Positions 9,369 to 19,500 of a stretch of DNA of 64,000 nt are shown here, in pieces. A model generated the notes under the pieces. The model had not been told where the DNA came from, made no database searches, and saw only the letters and a list, made by a program, of their open reading frames with translations. How positions within the stretch are numbered: position 1 is the first letter of the stretch; each line of letters begins with the position of its first letter. The stretch lies in assembly GCA_035063585.1 (NCBI GenBank), contig JAPSGB010000013.1, forward strand, positions 1 through 64,000, written 5' to 3'. The stretch comes from Polyangiaceae bacterium. GTDB lineage: Bacteria > Myxococcota_A > Polyangia > Polyangiales > Polyangiaceae. The position numbers were made by a program, and so were the translations under genes.

Positions 9369-12300
9369 ATGCGTATCGCCGAGCTTACGTTCGAGCGCGC
9401 CGGGCTCTGGAAGGGGCTCCCGCCGCTCACCCTCGGGCCGCGCGTCACCGTCGTGCTCGGTGACAACGAGTCAGGGAAGACCACCGCGATGCGCGCGCTC
9501 TCCATGCTGCTCTTCGGACGCGCCAACGAAGACTATAGCAAGCTCGTCAAGCCGCTCGCGCGCGACGCGGATTTCGTCGCGCACGCGGAGGGGGCGCTCT
9601 CGGACGGCGCGCCGTTCCGTCTTACGCGGCGCGGACAACGCCTCGAAGCGACCGACTCCTCCCACGCGCTCGAGGAGCTGCTCGCCTCCGCGCATGTCGG
9701 GCGGTTTCGCGGCGTGTTCTTCATCGACCACAGTAACCTCCGGGCGGGCGGCAAGCTGCTCAGCCTGACCAGCGCCCTCGGAGACATCGTCTTCGCCGCG
9801 AGCACCGGGGAGCGAGCGCGCGACCTCGCCGAGATCGAGGGCGCGCTCGAGAAGCTCACCGGTAAGTCGAAGAACAGGAAGTCGCTGAGCACCCTGAAAG
9901 AGCCACTCGAGCGCTACGAAGCAGCGCGGAGGGAGCTCGAGGAGCTTCCTCGCTTCAAGCAGTACGACGAACGGAAGACGGCGGTCGACCGGCTCCGCGA
10001 ACGCGTCGTCGCAGCCAAGGAGAAGGCCAACGCGGCGAGCGCCGAGCTCGACGAGCTCGCGGGCCTCGTGGCGGGGCTCTCGGCGTACGAGAAGCGAGCC
10101 CCGCTCCAGTCGGAGCTCGACGCGCTCGCCGCCGACGGCGCCATCCCGGACGCGGAGTGGCCCGGCCGCGCCGAGGCGCTCGCGGGGAACCTGCGCGACG
10201 CCGACGGGCAGCTCCCGGAGCTCGCGCGCGACGAGGCGGACGCGCGGGCGCGGCTCGAAGAGCTCCCCGCGCCTTCCCCGCTCCTCGACCTCGGCGCGGA
10301 AATCAAGGACATCGACCGCCTCACCGGGTTGCTCCCGACGCTCCGCGAGGAGCTCGAGCGCAAGCGGCGCGAGCTCGCGACCACCGAGAACGAGCTAGCG
10401 CAGCTGGTCCGGCAGTTCGGCGGAGACCCGCGCGACGACGCCTTCGCGGCGAGCGCCGACGCGTTGATCATCCCGCTGCCCCAGCGCGAAGCGCTGAAGA
10501 GCGCCATCGAGGCGGGCCGCGCGGCGGGCCACGCGCGCGCGGAGGCCAAGAAGCGGCTCGACAAGTCGCGCAGCGCGCTCGCCACGGCCGAACGCGCGCT
10601 CGCCGAGGCTCCTCCGATGGAGGTGCGCGCGCTCACCGAGGCGAGCCAAGCCGTGGCGCGCGCGCTCGAGCTCGACGAGAGCGCGCGCCGGCTCCGCAGC
10701 GAGCTCATCGAGGTTCGCGCTCGCGCGCGCCATCTGGCCGTGACGCTCGGGCTCGCCGGCGTCCCGGTGGGCGAGCTCGCCACGCTCCCGGTAGCTTCAC
10801 CCGAGCTCATCCTGCAGGGCGCGCTCGAGCTCGACACGACGACGCGGGCGCGCGACTCCGCGCGGACCGCCCGCGAGGGCGCCGAAGGTCGCCTCACGGG
10901 CGCAGAAGCGGAGCTCGACGAGCGCACCCGCGCGCTCGCGGCGCCGTCACGAGACGACCTCGACGCGGCGCGCCGGGCGCGTGACGCAGCGCTCGAAGAG
11001 CTCGCCGCGCGCTGGCTCGCTCCCGGCGCGAGCGACCAGGCGAGCGCGCTCAGCACGCTCACGACCGACTATCGGCGGCAGGTGAGCAGAGCGGATGAGG
11101 TCGCCGATCTCCGCTTCGACGCGGCGGCCCAGGCGGGCGCGCTGGAGGGTGCTCGCAGGGTGGTCTCGGAACGAGCGCGCGAGCGCGACGAGGCCGTCGG
11201 CGAAGACCAGCGCCGAAGCGCCGACCACCAGCGCGCCCTCGACGCCTGGCGCGCGCTCTGGCCGTTCTGCCAGGCGCCCCCCGAGAACCCGAAGGCGTGG
11301 CTGAGCGAGCACCAGAACCTGCTCGCGCTCCTCGCCGAGGCCGAGTCGCTCGCGGACCAGCTCACTACCGCCGAGGGCGAGCGCGATGAGCTCCGAACCG
11401 ACGCGCTCACGCTCGCGCGACGCGAGCTGCCCGCGGTCCTGGAGCTCGACGGTGTCAGGTCGATTCAGAAGGCGCTCGAGGCCGAGCTCGCGGTCCGCGC
11501 CGCGCGAAACCAGGTCGCCGAAGAGCTCCTCCTCGAGGTGAAGTCGGCGCGCGACCGGGTCCGCGAAGGTGAGGGCGACTTCGAGAGCGCGCGGCAAGAC
11601 GAGGACGACTGGCAGCGCCGCTGGGAAGAGCGCGGCGCGACGCTCCCGCCGGGCGTGACCACGGATATGGTCGCGGTCGAGGCCTGGCTCGACGCGCAGG
11701 CTCGGCTCGAGAGCCGCGCGAGCGAGCTCCGCGCGCTCACCGGCGGGCTCGCCCGGCAAGAAGGCGCGATCGTCGACCTCGAGGTGCGAGCCCGCGCGCT
11801 CATCGATCGAGCCCTCGCGCTCACCCCGGAGGTCGAGCAGCTTCGCGCCATCGACCCGCGCGACGCCGTCGTCGGGTTGGTCCGGCTCCTCGAGGACGCG
11901 GAGCGGAAGCGCGCGGAGCGTGAGCAGGCTTCGCAGGCGCACGCTCGAGCGCGGGACTCCCTGAGTCGCGCAGAGCGGGCGCGAGAGCGCGCCGAGGGAA
12001 TGCTCGCCGAGGCGTGGAGAGAAGCCGGCCTCGCCGGAGAAACGACCGACGCCGCGCTCGCGGGCGCCTGCGCGCGCGCGCGCTGCGCGCAGGAGCTCCG
12101 GCGAAGGCTCGCCGAGCTCGACAGCGCGCTCGTGCTCCACTGGCCCGCGGGCGTCGCGTCGGCTCAGGAGCGGCTCGGGGGGCGCTCGATCGCCGAGCTC
12201 GAGACGGCGCGCGCCGAGCTCGAGGCCGGTCGAGGCGAGCTCATCAAAGAACAAGAGCGCCTGACCGAGGAGCTCGGGGTGGCGCGGGCCGAGTTCCAGG

Positions 12301-13181
12301 AGCTCGAGGCCGAGCGGGGCGGGGCCGATCCCGCGCAAGAGCTGGCGTTCGCGCGCGCCGAGGTCCTCGCGCGCGCCGAGGCGCTGGTGCGGCTCGAGGC
12401 CGCAAAATGGCTGATCACCAAGGCGAAGCAGCGCGCGGCCGAGGGCGCTGATTTCATCGTCGCGCGAGCCTCGGAGCTCTTCGCCGCGCTCACGGACGGC
12501 GCCTACACGCGGCTCGTCATCGACCGCGACGGAAGCGAGCCGACGCTCGTCGCCGAGAGCGCGAGCGGATCGGAGAAGCAGGTGACCGAGCTGTCGGACG
12601 GGACTGCGGACACCATCTGGTTCGCGCTCAGGCTCGCCATCGCGGAGCGCGCGGCGGAGAGCACGCCGTTCCCGCTCCTCCTCGACGACGTCTTCGTCCA
12701 TCTCGATGATCTTCGGACCACCGCCGCATTGAAGGTGCTCGCGAAGCTGTCCAAGCACGTCCAAGTGCTCGTGTTCACGCACCACGACCACGTGCTCGAG
12801 CTCGCCCGCGCGGCGATCGGTGGGGCGCTCACCGAGGTCATCCTCGCCACCGCGGAGGAGCCCAAGCACGAGAGGCTCTTGCCGCCTGGAGAACGGACGC
12901 GTCACGAGCGTCCTCGGGCGCCAACGATGGCGCTCGAAGCGCCCGCCACGAGCGCGCACGACGCTTACGAGTGCGTCGCCCGCGTCCTTCGCGAGCAGGG
13001 CGAGGCGATGGATCGGAGGGAGATCATCGCGAAATGTAGAGAGCATGGGGTGGATATCGAGAATTCCTGGAGCAGCATGCTGAGCCGCCTCAAGGACGAC
13101 GAGCGCATCGAACACTCCGGCCAGAAGCGCGGGGCGCGCTATCGTTTCATCGAAGACGACACCGGACGTGAAGGCTCGTGA
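9369..13181 (+). CDS. Rad50/SbcC-like coiled-coil ABC ATPase (YhaN-like) with C-terminal wHTH-like extension
   Basis: Walker A GDNESGKTT, long coiled coil, signature LSDGT, Walker B/D-loop LLLDDVFVHLDD and H-loop FTHH. ATG lies 4 nt after the upstream stop. Confidence 0.88.
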   Translation: MRIAELTFERAGLWKGLPPLTLGPRVTVVLGDNESGKTTAMRALSMLLFGRANEDYSKLVKPLARDADFVAHAEGALSDGAPFRLTRRGQRLEATDSSHALEELLASAHVGRFRGVFFIDHSNLRAGGKLLSLTSALGDIVFAASTGERARDLAEIEGALEKLTGKSKNRKSLSTLKEPLERYEAARRELEELPRFKQYDERKTAVDRLRERVVAAKEKANAASAELDELAGLVAGLSAYEKRAPLQSELDALAADGAIPDAEWPGRAEALAGNLRDADGQLPELARDEADARARLEELPAPSPLLDLGAEIKDIDRLTGLLPTLREELERKRRELATTENELAQLVRQFGGDPRDDAFAASADALIIPLPQREALKSAIEAGRAAGHARAEAKKRLDKSRSALATAERALAEAPPMEVRALTEASQAVARALELDESARRLRSELIEVRARARHLAVTLGLAGVPVGELATLPVASPELILQGALELDTTTRARDSARTAREGAEGRLTGAEAELDERTRALAAPSRDDLDAARRARDAALEELAARWLAPGASDQASALSTLTTDYRRQVSRADEVADLRFDAAAQAGALEGARRVVSERARERDEAVGEDQRRSADHQRALDAWRALWPFCQAPPENPKAWLSEHQNLLALLAEAESLADQLTTAEGERDELRTDALTLARRELPAVLELDGVRSIQKALEAELAVRAARNQVAEELLLEVKSARDRVREGEGDFESARQDEDDWQRRWEERGATLPPGVTTDMVAVEAWLDAQARLESRASELRALTGGLARQEGAIVDLEVRARALIDRALALTPEVEQLRAIDPRDAVVGLVRLLEDAERKRAEREQASQAHARARDSLSRAERARERAEGMLAEAWREAGLAGETTDAALAGACARARCAQELRRRLAELDSALVLHWPAGVASAQERLGGRSIAELETARAELEAGRGELIKEQERLTEELGVARAEFQELEAERGGADPAQELAFARAEVLARAEALVRLEAAKWLITKAKQRAAEGADFIVARASELFAALTDGAYTRLVIDRDGSEPTLVAESASGSEKQVTELSDGTADTIWFALRLAIAERAAESTPFPLLLDDVFVHLDDLRTTAALKVLAKLSKHVQVLVFTHHDHVLELARAAIGGALTEVILATAEEPKHERLLPPGERTRHERPRAPTMALEAPATSAHDAYECVARVLREQGEAMDRREIIAKCREHGVDIENSWSSMLSRLKDDERIEHSGQKRGARYRFIEDDTGREGS

Positions 13182-16100
13182 CGCTACACGTGCATCGCAG
13201 TCAGCGGGTGGAGGAGCTGGTCCTCGAGCTCGACCGGGCGCTCACCGAGTCGTATCCCGACGATCCGTTCGAGCCGATGCCCATCGTGGTCGGCAGCCGC
13301 GGGATGGAGCGCTGGCTCCGGCACGAGCTCGCCACCCTGGGGGGTAGCTGCGCGCGGGTGGATTTCTTGTTCCCGCGCACGGCCTTCGAGGGGGCCGCCC
13401 GCTGGCTCGGTGAGGGAGCGGAGCGCGCGCCCCGTGCGGTGTTCTGGGAGACGACCCGAGCCGAGAGCGACTGGTCGGGGCCGAGGCTCGCGCTGCGTGT
13501 CCTCGTCAGGCTCCGCGCGCGGCTCGGCGAGCCTCGGTTCGCCCGAGTGAGAACCTACCTGGGCGAGGTCGGCGACACGGTCCAGGCTCGTGAGCTCGCG
13601 TTCGCGACCGAGGTCGCGGTCACGCTCGAGCGGCTCATGCATGATCGCTCGAGCGACGCAGTCGCCTGGGCGAGAGCTCCCGCTTCGGCACCGGCGGAGC
13701 ACGCCTGGCTCGCGGCGCTGCTCCACGATCTCAGCGAGAGCATCGGCGAGCGTTCGCCGGCGCATCGGCTCGAGGAGGTCCAGTCGCTCTCGGCGCAAGC
13801 TACCGGTCGCGCGCTGTTCGTGTTCGGGCTCTCGACGCTCGGGCCCGGCGATCGCGCGCGCCTCGCCGCGCTGGCGCGGCACCTCGAGGTGCACCTCTTC
13901 ACCATCGCACCGTCATCCGAGTGGTGGCAGGACATCCGCAAGAAGAGCGAGCAGCGCTCGGCGCTGAAAGAGGCCAAGAGCGCCGCCGAGACGCGCGCGG
14001 TGCTCGCGGAGCTCGAGCAAGAGAACGCGCTGCTCGCCGCCAATGGCGCGCCGAGTCGTGAGCTGCAGAAGTGGCTGGAAGCGGTGGGCTACGAGGAGCC
14101 CACCGACCGGCCGCCCTTCGAGCCGGCGCCGTCGCTGCTCGGACGGCTGCACCGCTTCATCGAGCGCGCGGAGAGCAATCCGCGAGCCGGGGACGCGCCC
14201 TGGAGCGAGAGCAGCGACCGCGCATCGGTCCAGCTCCACGCTTGCCATGGCGCGCTCCGCCAGTGCGAGGCGCTGCGCGACGAGCTCCTCCGTCGCTTCG
14301 CGGAGGACGCGTCGCTCGAGCCGCGTCACGTGCTCGTCATGACGCCGGATCTCCCGAGGTTCGCGCCGCTGGTCGCGGCAGTCCTCTCACGCAGGGGCAA
14401 CGGCGAGCAGGCGATCCCGCTGTCCGTCGCCGATCTGGGCGTGCGCGCCACCAACCCGGTCGCGGACGCCTTGCTGCGCGCCCTCGCGCTCTCGAATGAG
14501 CGCGTCACCGCGTCGCGGCTCCTCGAGTTGCTCTCGCTCGCGCCCGTTCGCGCGCGCTTCTCCATCGATGACGCCGATCTCGCGGATCTGGGCGAAATGG
14601 TCAGCGAATCCGGGATCCGTTGGGCCTGGGATCCCCGAGATCGCGCGCGCCACGCTCAGCCCGAGCTCGCGCAGAACACGGTCCGCTTCGGGCTCGAGCG
14701 GCTCGCGCTCGGCGTCCTGATGCACGACCCGTCTGACCTCGAGGTCGTCGAGGGCGCGGCGCACGCGGACCTCCCGCCTGCCGTCCCGCTCGATCTCGGG
14801 CCGAGCGAGCGCGTGGCACGCTTCGGGAAGCTCGCGCAGGCCTTGGCCGAGCTCGAAGCGGCGAGCCAGCGCGCGAACGAGCCGGCCAACGCCGAGGGGT
14901 GGCGCGTGCGGCTGCGCGACCTGCTCGACCGGCTCACCGCGGTCAGTGACGAGGCGACTTGGCTGCGGATGGAGGTCGAGGGGGCGCTGGAGGCGCTGCT
15001 GCCGAGCGGCGTCGCCGACGAGCTTCGCTTCGAGTGCGCCGCCATCCTGTGGCTGCTCGGTGACGCCTTCGAGCTCTCTCGACGCGGCGATCGCCAGGCG
15101 ACCGGCGCCGTGACGGTCTCTTCGCTCGAGCCGATGCGCTCGGTACCCTTCCGCGTGATCGCCATCCTCGGCCTGGACGACGGGGTGTTCCCGCGACCTG
15201 CGCAGGTCGCGGCCTGGGACCCGTTCGCGCTGCCGCGCGACGGCGAGCTCGACCGGCGCACCATCGATCGGCACCTCTTCCTCGAAGCGCTCCTCTGCGC
15301 TCGAGACGCCCTGCTGCTCTTCAGCGACGGCTTCGAGCCGAAGCACGGCAAGGCCACGCCCCCCTCCGTCGTCGTAAGCGAGCTCGCCGAGCTCATCGCA
15401 GCCGGAACGGGTCGAGAGGCGGAGGCGCTCGCGATCCGTCACCCGCTCCAGCCCTGGAGCGAGGACACGTTCCGCGACGCGGGGCGCCTCCCCTTCGACG
15501 AACTCTGGGCCAAGGCGGCGCGGGCCGCGTCTGGCGAGCGTCGCCTCGCGGGCCTACCGGCGACCACGCTGGCGGCCACCTGGCCCGAAGAGGAGAGCCC
15601 ACCCACGTCGCTCTCTGCCGAACAGCTCGCGAGCGCGCTCGTGGGCCCGCAGCGCGAGTTGCTCGAGAGGCGGCTCGGCATTCGGCTCGAAGCGGGGGGC
15701 TCGGAGGTGCCCGATCGCGAGCCGCTCGAGCAAGAGGGGCTGGACGCCTGGAAGCTCCGCGCGCGGCTCCTCGAGTCCGGTTCGAGCGGGGCGGCTCCCG
15801 ACGTCACCCAGCTCGAGGCGCGACTCCGTGGGGAAGGCATCTTGCCGCTCGGCGCAGGCGGGAAGCGCGCGCTCGAGCAGCGCCTCTCCGAGGTCGCCAC
15901 GGCGCGCGAGCGAGCGGACGAGCTCCCGGGGGACGCGACCGAACCCTTCCACGCGAGCGTCGACGTAGGCGGGCTGATCGTGACCGCGACGGCCAACGAC
16001 GTCCGCTGGGATGGCGAGCAGCGGCGGCTGGTCTGGCTCACGGGCGGGAAGTCCCCCAGCGACCGGAGCCAGCTCATCGCGTGGATCACGCTGCTCGTCG

Positions 16101-16534
16101 CGGTCGCGGCCGGGGAATCGGTCGGCTTCGCGCACCTCGTGGGACACGCTACGAGCGTCGTCCTCGCGGCTCCTGCGGGAGCCGAGGCCGCCGCGCAACG
16201 GCTCGCGGCGCTGGTCGAGGTCTGGCGAGCGCTTCGTCGCTCGCCGCTCCCGCTGTTCCCTGTGCTGTCCCGCGCGCTCATCGCGGAGAAGCAGCGCTCG
16301 CCCGCCGTGAACGACGCGGCGCTCGTGCGAGGTCGCTCCGGCGAGTGGACCGGGAGCCCGAGGAGTCGCGGCGAGCTCGACGACCTCTGGGTCTCGGCGC
16401 TGTTCGGGCACCTCACCATCGACGACCTCGCCGAGGACGCCGAGCGAATCGTGGAGCTCGCTGCCACGGTGTGGCTCCCACTGCTCGAGGCGCAGCCGTC
16501 CAAGCAGAGACACTCCAAGGAGGAAGGAGCATGA
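13178..16534 (+). CDS. recC: Exodeoxyribonuclease V gamma subunit RecC
   Basis: N-terminal HRSQRVEEL, DPFEPMPIVVGSRGMERWL, LVMTPD, SGIRW, PMRSVPFRVIAILGLDDGVFP and HPLQPW. GTGA overlap with the upstream gene. Confidence 0.92.
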   Translation: MTLHVHRSQRVEELVLELDRALTESYPDDPFEPMPIVVGSRGMERWLRHELATLGGSCARVDFLFPRTAFEGAARWLGEGAERAPRAVFWETTRAESDWSGPRLALRVLVRLRARLGEPRFARVRTYLGEVGDTVQARELAFATEVAVTLERLMHDRSSDAVAWARAPASAPAEHAWLAALLHDLSESIGERSPAHRLEEVQSLSAQATGRALFVFGLSTLGPGDRARLAALARHLEVHLFTIAPSSEWWQDIRKKSEQRSALKEAKSAAETRAVLAELEQENALLAANGAPSRELQKWLEAVGYEEPTDRPPFEPAPSLLGRLHRFIERAESNPRAGDAPWSESSDRASVQLHACHGALRQCEALRDELLRRFAEDASLEPRHVLVMTPDLPRFAPLVAAVLSRRGNGEQAIPLSVADLGVRATNPVADALLRALALSNERVTASRLLELLSLAPVRARFSIDDADLADLGEMVSESGIRWAWDPRDRARHAQPELAQNTVRFGLERLALGVLMHDPSDLEVVEGAAHADLPPAVPLDLGPSERVARFGKLAQALAELEAASQRANEPANAEGWRVRLRDLLDRLTAVSDEATWLRMEVEGALEALLPSGVADELRFECAAILWLLGDAFELSRRGDRQATGAVTVSSLEPMRSVPFRVIAILGLDDGVFPRPAQVAAWDPFALPRDGELDRRTIDRHLFLEALLCARDALLLFSDGFEPKHGKATPPSVVVSELAELIAAGTGREAEALAIRHPLQPWSEDTFRDAGRLPFDELWAKAARAASGERRLAGLPATTLAATWPEEESPPTSLSAEQLASALVGPQRELLERRLGIRLEAGGSEVPDREPLEQEGLDAWKLRARLLESGSSGAAPDVTQLEARLRGEGILPLGAGGKRALEQRLSEVATARERADELPGDATEPFHASVDVGGLIVTATANDVRWDGEQRRLVWLTGGKSPSDRSQLIAWITLLVAVAAGESVGFAHLVGHATSVVLAAPAGAEAAAQRLAALVEVWRALRRSPLPLFPVLSRALIAEKQRSPAVNDAALVRGRSGEWTGSPRSRGELDDLWVSALFGHLTIDDLAEDAERIVELAATVWLPLLEAQPSKQRHSKEEGA

Positions 16535-19500
16535 GCCCGGACGACGAGCTCCCGGGCGACCAGCACCTCCCGTGGGACGAACGGCTCGACCTCTCCGATG
16601 AGCGCACCTGGCTACTCGAGGCGAGCGCCGGCACGGGGAAGACCTACCAGATCGCCGGGATTTTCCTGCGTCTCGTCGCCGAGTACGGGCTCTCGGTGGA
16701 GCACATCCTCACCATCACGTTCACCAACGCAGCCACCGCGGAGCTCCGCGAGCGGATCCGCGCGCGGCTGCGCCTCGGGCTCGACACGCTGCGCGGAGGG
16801 CCGCTCCCTGACGGTGACGTCGTCATCGAGCGACTGGAACAGCTCCCGAACCGCGACCAAGTCGAGAAGCGGCTCGAGGACGCCCTCCGGGCCTTCGATC
16901 TCGCACCGATCTCGACGATTCACGGCTTCGCGCAGCGAATGCTGAGTGAGCTCGCCTTCGACTCCGGGCAGGACACCGGGCTCGAGCTCGTGACGGACGC
17001 CGGCGAGGTCGTGACGGAAATCGCGTGTGACACGCTCGCGACCAGCTACGCCGACGTCAGCGCCGACGTCGCGGGGTTCCTGTCCGCGGCGGGCGTGACG
17101 AAAGCTGCGCTCATCGACGTCGCCCAGGCGATGAGCGCGGCGACCGAGCCGCGCGTCGCACCGGCTGGCGAGGAGAGCCTCGCCGAGGCGATTACGAGAG
17201 TGCGCGCGTGGACGGCGCGAGTCGGCGTCCTGCGGGAGCGCTGGCGCTCGCGAGCGAGCCGCGACGCGCTGGCTCTCTTGGCGAGCGACGCGGACGGCAA
17301 GGGCCGCGTGCTCCAGGGGGAGCAGAAGCGCTACGTCGAGGGCTCGGTGGCCCGGATCGATTCCTGGCTCGGCGCCGGCGCACCCCACCTCGACAAGAGC
17401 GAACCCGCGGTGCGTCGCCTGCGGAGGGCCCACATCGAGAACATTTGGGGGAAGACGCCGGAAGAGCTCCACGGGCGCCCGTGGTGGCCGCTCATCGTGG
17501 AGCTCGACGAGTTCCTTCACGCGCACGACGCCATCTTCGAGTCGCTCGCGCCACTCGCCGCGTACGCGCGCACGGTCCGCGGACGCGTGGAGGCCGAGCT
17601 CCTCCGCCGGCGCGCGCTCACGTTCGACGGGATCCTCTCGCGGCTCGCCGAGCGCATCGAGCAGACGGGAGGCGCGTCGAGCCCGCTGGCCGCGCGGATC
17701 CGCGAGCGCTTCCGAGCCGTGCTGGTCGACGAGTTCCAAGACACCGACCAGGCGCAGTGGAGCGTCCTTCACGCGGCGTTCCACGAGCGCCGGCGGCTCT
17801 TCCTCATCGGCGATCCGAAGCAAGCGATCTACGCCTTTCGCGGCGCGGATGTGCACGTCTACCTCGCCGCCGCGCGGCTCGTCGAGCGGTCGCGCCGCCG
17901 AACCATGACCACGAATTTCCGCTCGGACTCCCCGGTGGTGAGCGCGATGAACGCGCTCTTCCGTCAAGGCTCTCGCGCCTTCGACGAGGCCGACATCGAC
18001 TACGTCGAGGTCACCGCTCGTCATGGCGCTCGGCTCGCACCGGCGAGCGCCGGGCTCAGCCTCCGCTTCATCGACGCCCGAGTGATTCAGGGTGGAGCAG
18101 GGCTCGGGATTCCGAAGAAGGACGTGACGCTCGCCGCGAGGCTCGCGACCCGTGAGGCGCTCGCGTGGCTCTCGGGGGAGCGCGGGCAGCTCGTGGACGA
18201 GCATGGTCCGCGTGAGGTCGAGCCGCGGGACCTCGCGGTGCTGGTCAGCGACCACTTCGAGGGTGCGACGGTCCGGCGAGCGCTCAGCCGTGCGGGCATC
18301 CCCGCGGTCGCGGCCTCCAAGGGCTCCGTGTTCGACGCTCGCGCGGCCGACTGGCTCGCGACCTGGCTCGACGCGGTCGCCGGAGGCGGGCGCGACCGAA
18401 GCGCGCGGGCGGCCGCGGTCACGCCGCTCTTCGGCTGGACAGCGGACGAGCTCGGGTGGGCGCTCGCCGTCGCGGACCGCGGCGAGGCCGCCGAGCAGGA
18501 AGCGCACGACTCGGGCTTGGCCGAGCTTCGCGACTACGCCGCTTGGGTCGCGCGGCTCGCCTCTGCGCTGGAGCGCTGGGACGAGTGCGGCTTCGCGAGG
18601 ACCTTCGACCGCGAGGCGGACGAGCTCGGGGTCTTCCCGCGGCTCCTCGCGATGCCGGAGGGCGAGCGACACGCGACCGATCTCCGGCACTTGTTCGAGT
18701 TATTGCACGCCGAAGATCGCGCACGTCGTCCCGGGCCCGGCACGCTCTCGGCTTGGCTTCGCTCACGACGAAATACCGGGGGAGAGGAGGCGGCACAACG
18801 ACTCGAGAGCGACGCGCGCGCGGTGAGTATCGAGACCGTGCACGCCAGCAAGGGCCTCGAGTACGGGATCGTGCTCGTCCCTTTCGGGTGGTCGGTGCGC
18901 AATCGCCGGGACGACGGGGCACCGTTCCTCGTGCGCGACGACGGGGCGCCGACGCTCCATGCCGAGCCGCGCGGGAGCCGGGAGCGCGCGGCCGCGCTCG
19001 CGCGCCGCGACGAGGAGCAGCGGCGCGAGGAGCTCAGGCGCGTGTACGTCGCGCTGACGCGCGCCAAGCATCACGTCGTCGCCTGGTACGGGCCCATCGG
19101 CTCCGAGGGAATGCGCCCGAGCGCGACGGCGCTCGGACGACTGCTGCTGCGCGCTCCCGGGAGCTCGGGCTTCGACGACGACTCGATGCCGGACTTCTCT
19201 GCGAAATCCCCGGGAGGCGGCGCCGAAGAGCGAAACCCGGCGTGGGAGGAAGCGCAGCGCCGGCTCGACGCCCTCTGCGCCAAGTCCGCCGGGGCGATCG
19301 AGTGGCACGCCGAGGAACCGCTCGAGCCGGGGCTCGTCGTATGGAACCCACCGGCCTCGGCGCCGCCGGAACCGGGCCTTGCGCCCTGGCCGAGCGAGCG
19401 CGCGCCCATGGAGAGCCCATTTCGGGTCACGAGCTACAGCGGGCTCGTCGGCGCGTTCGATCGAGACGAGAAGCTCGAACGAGAAGTCGCCGCGTCGACC

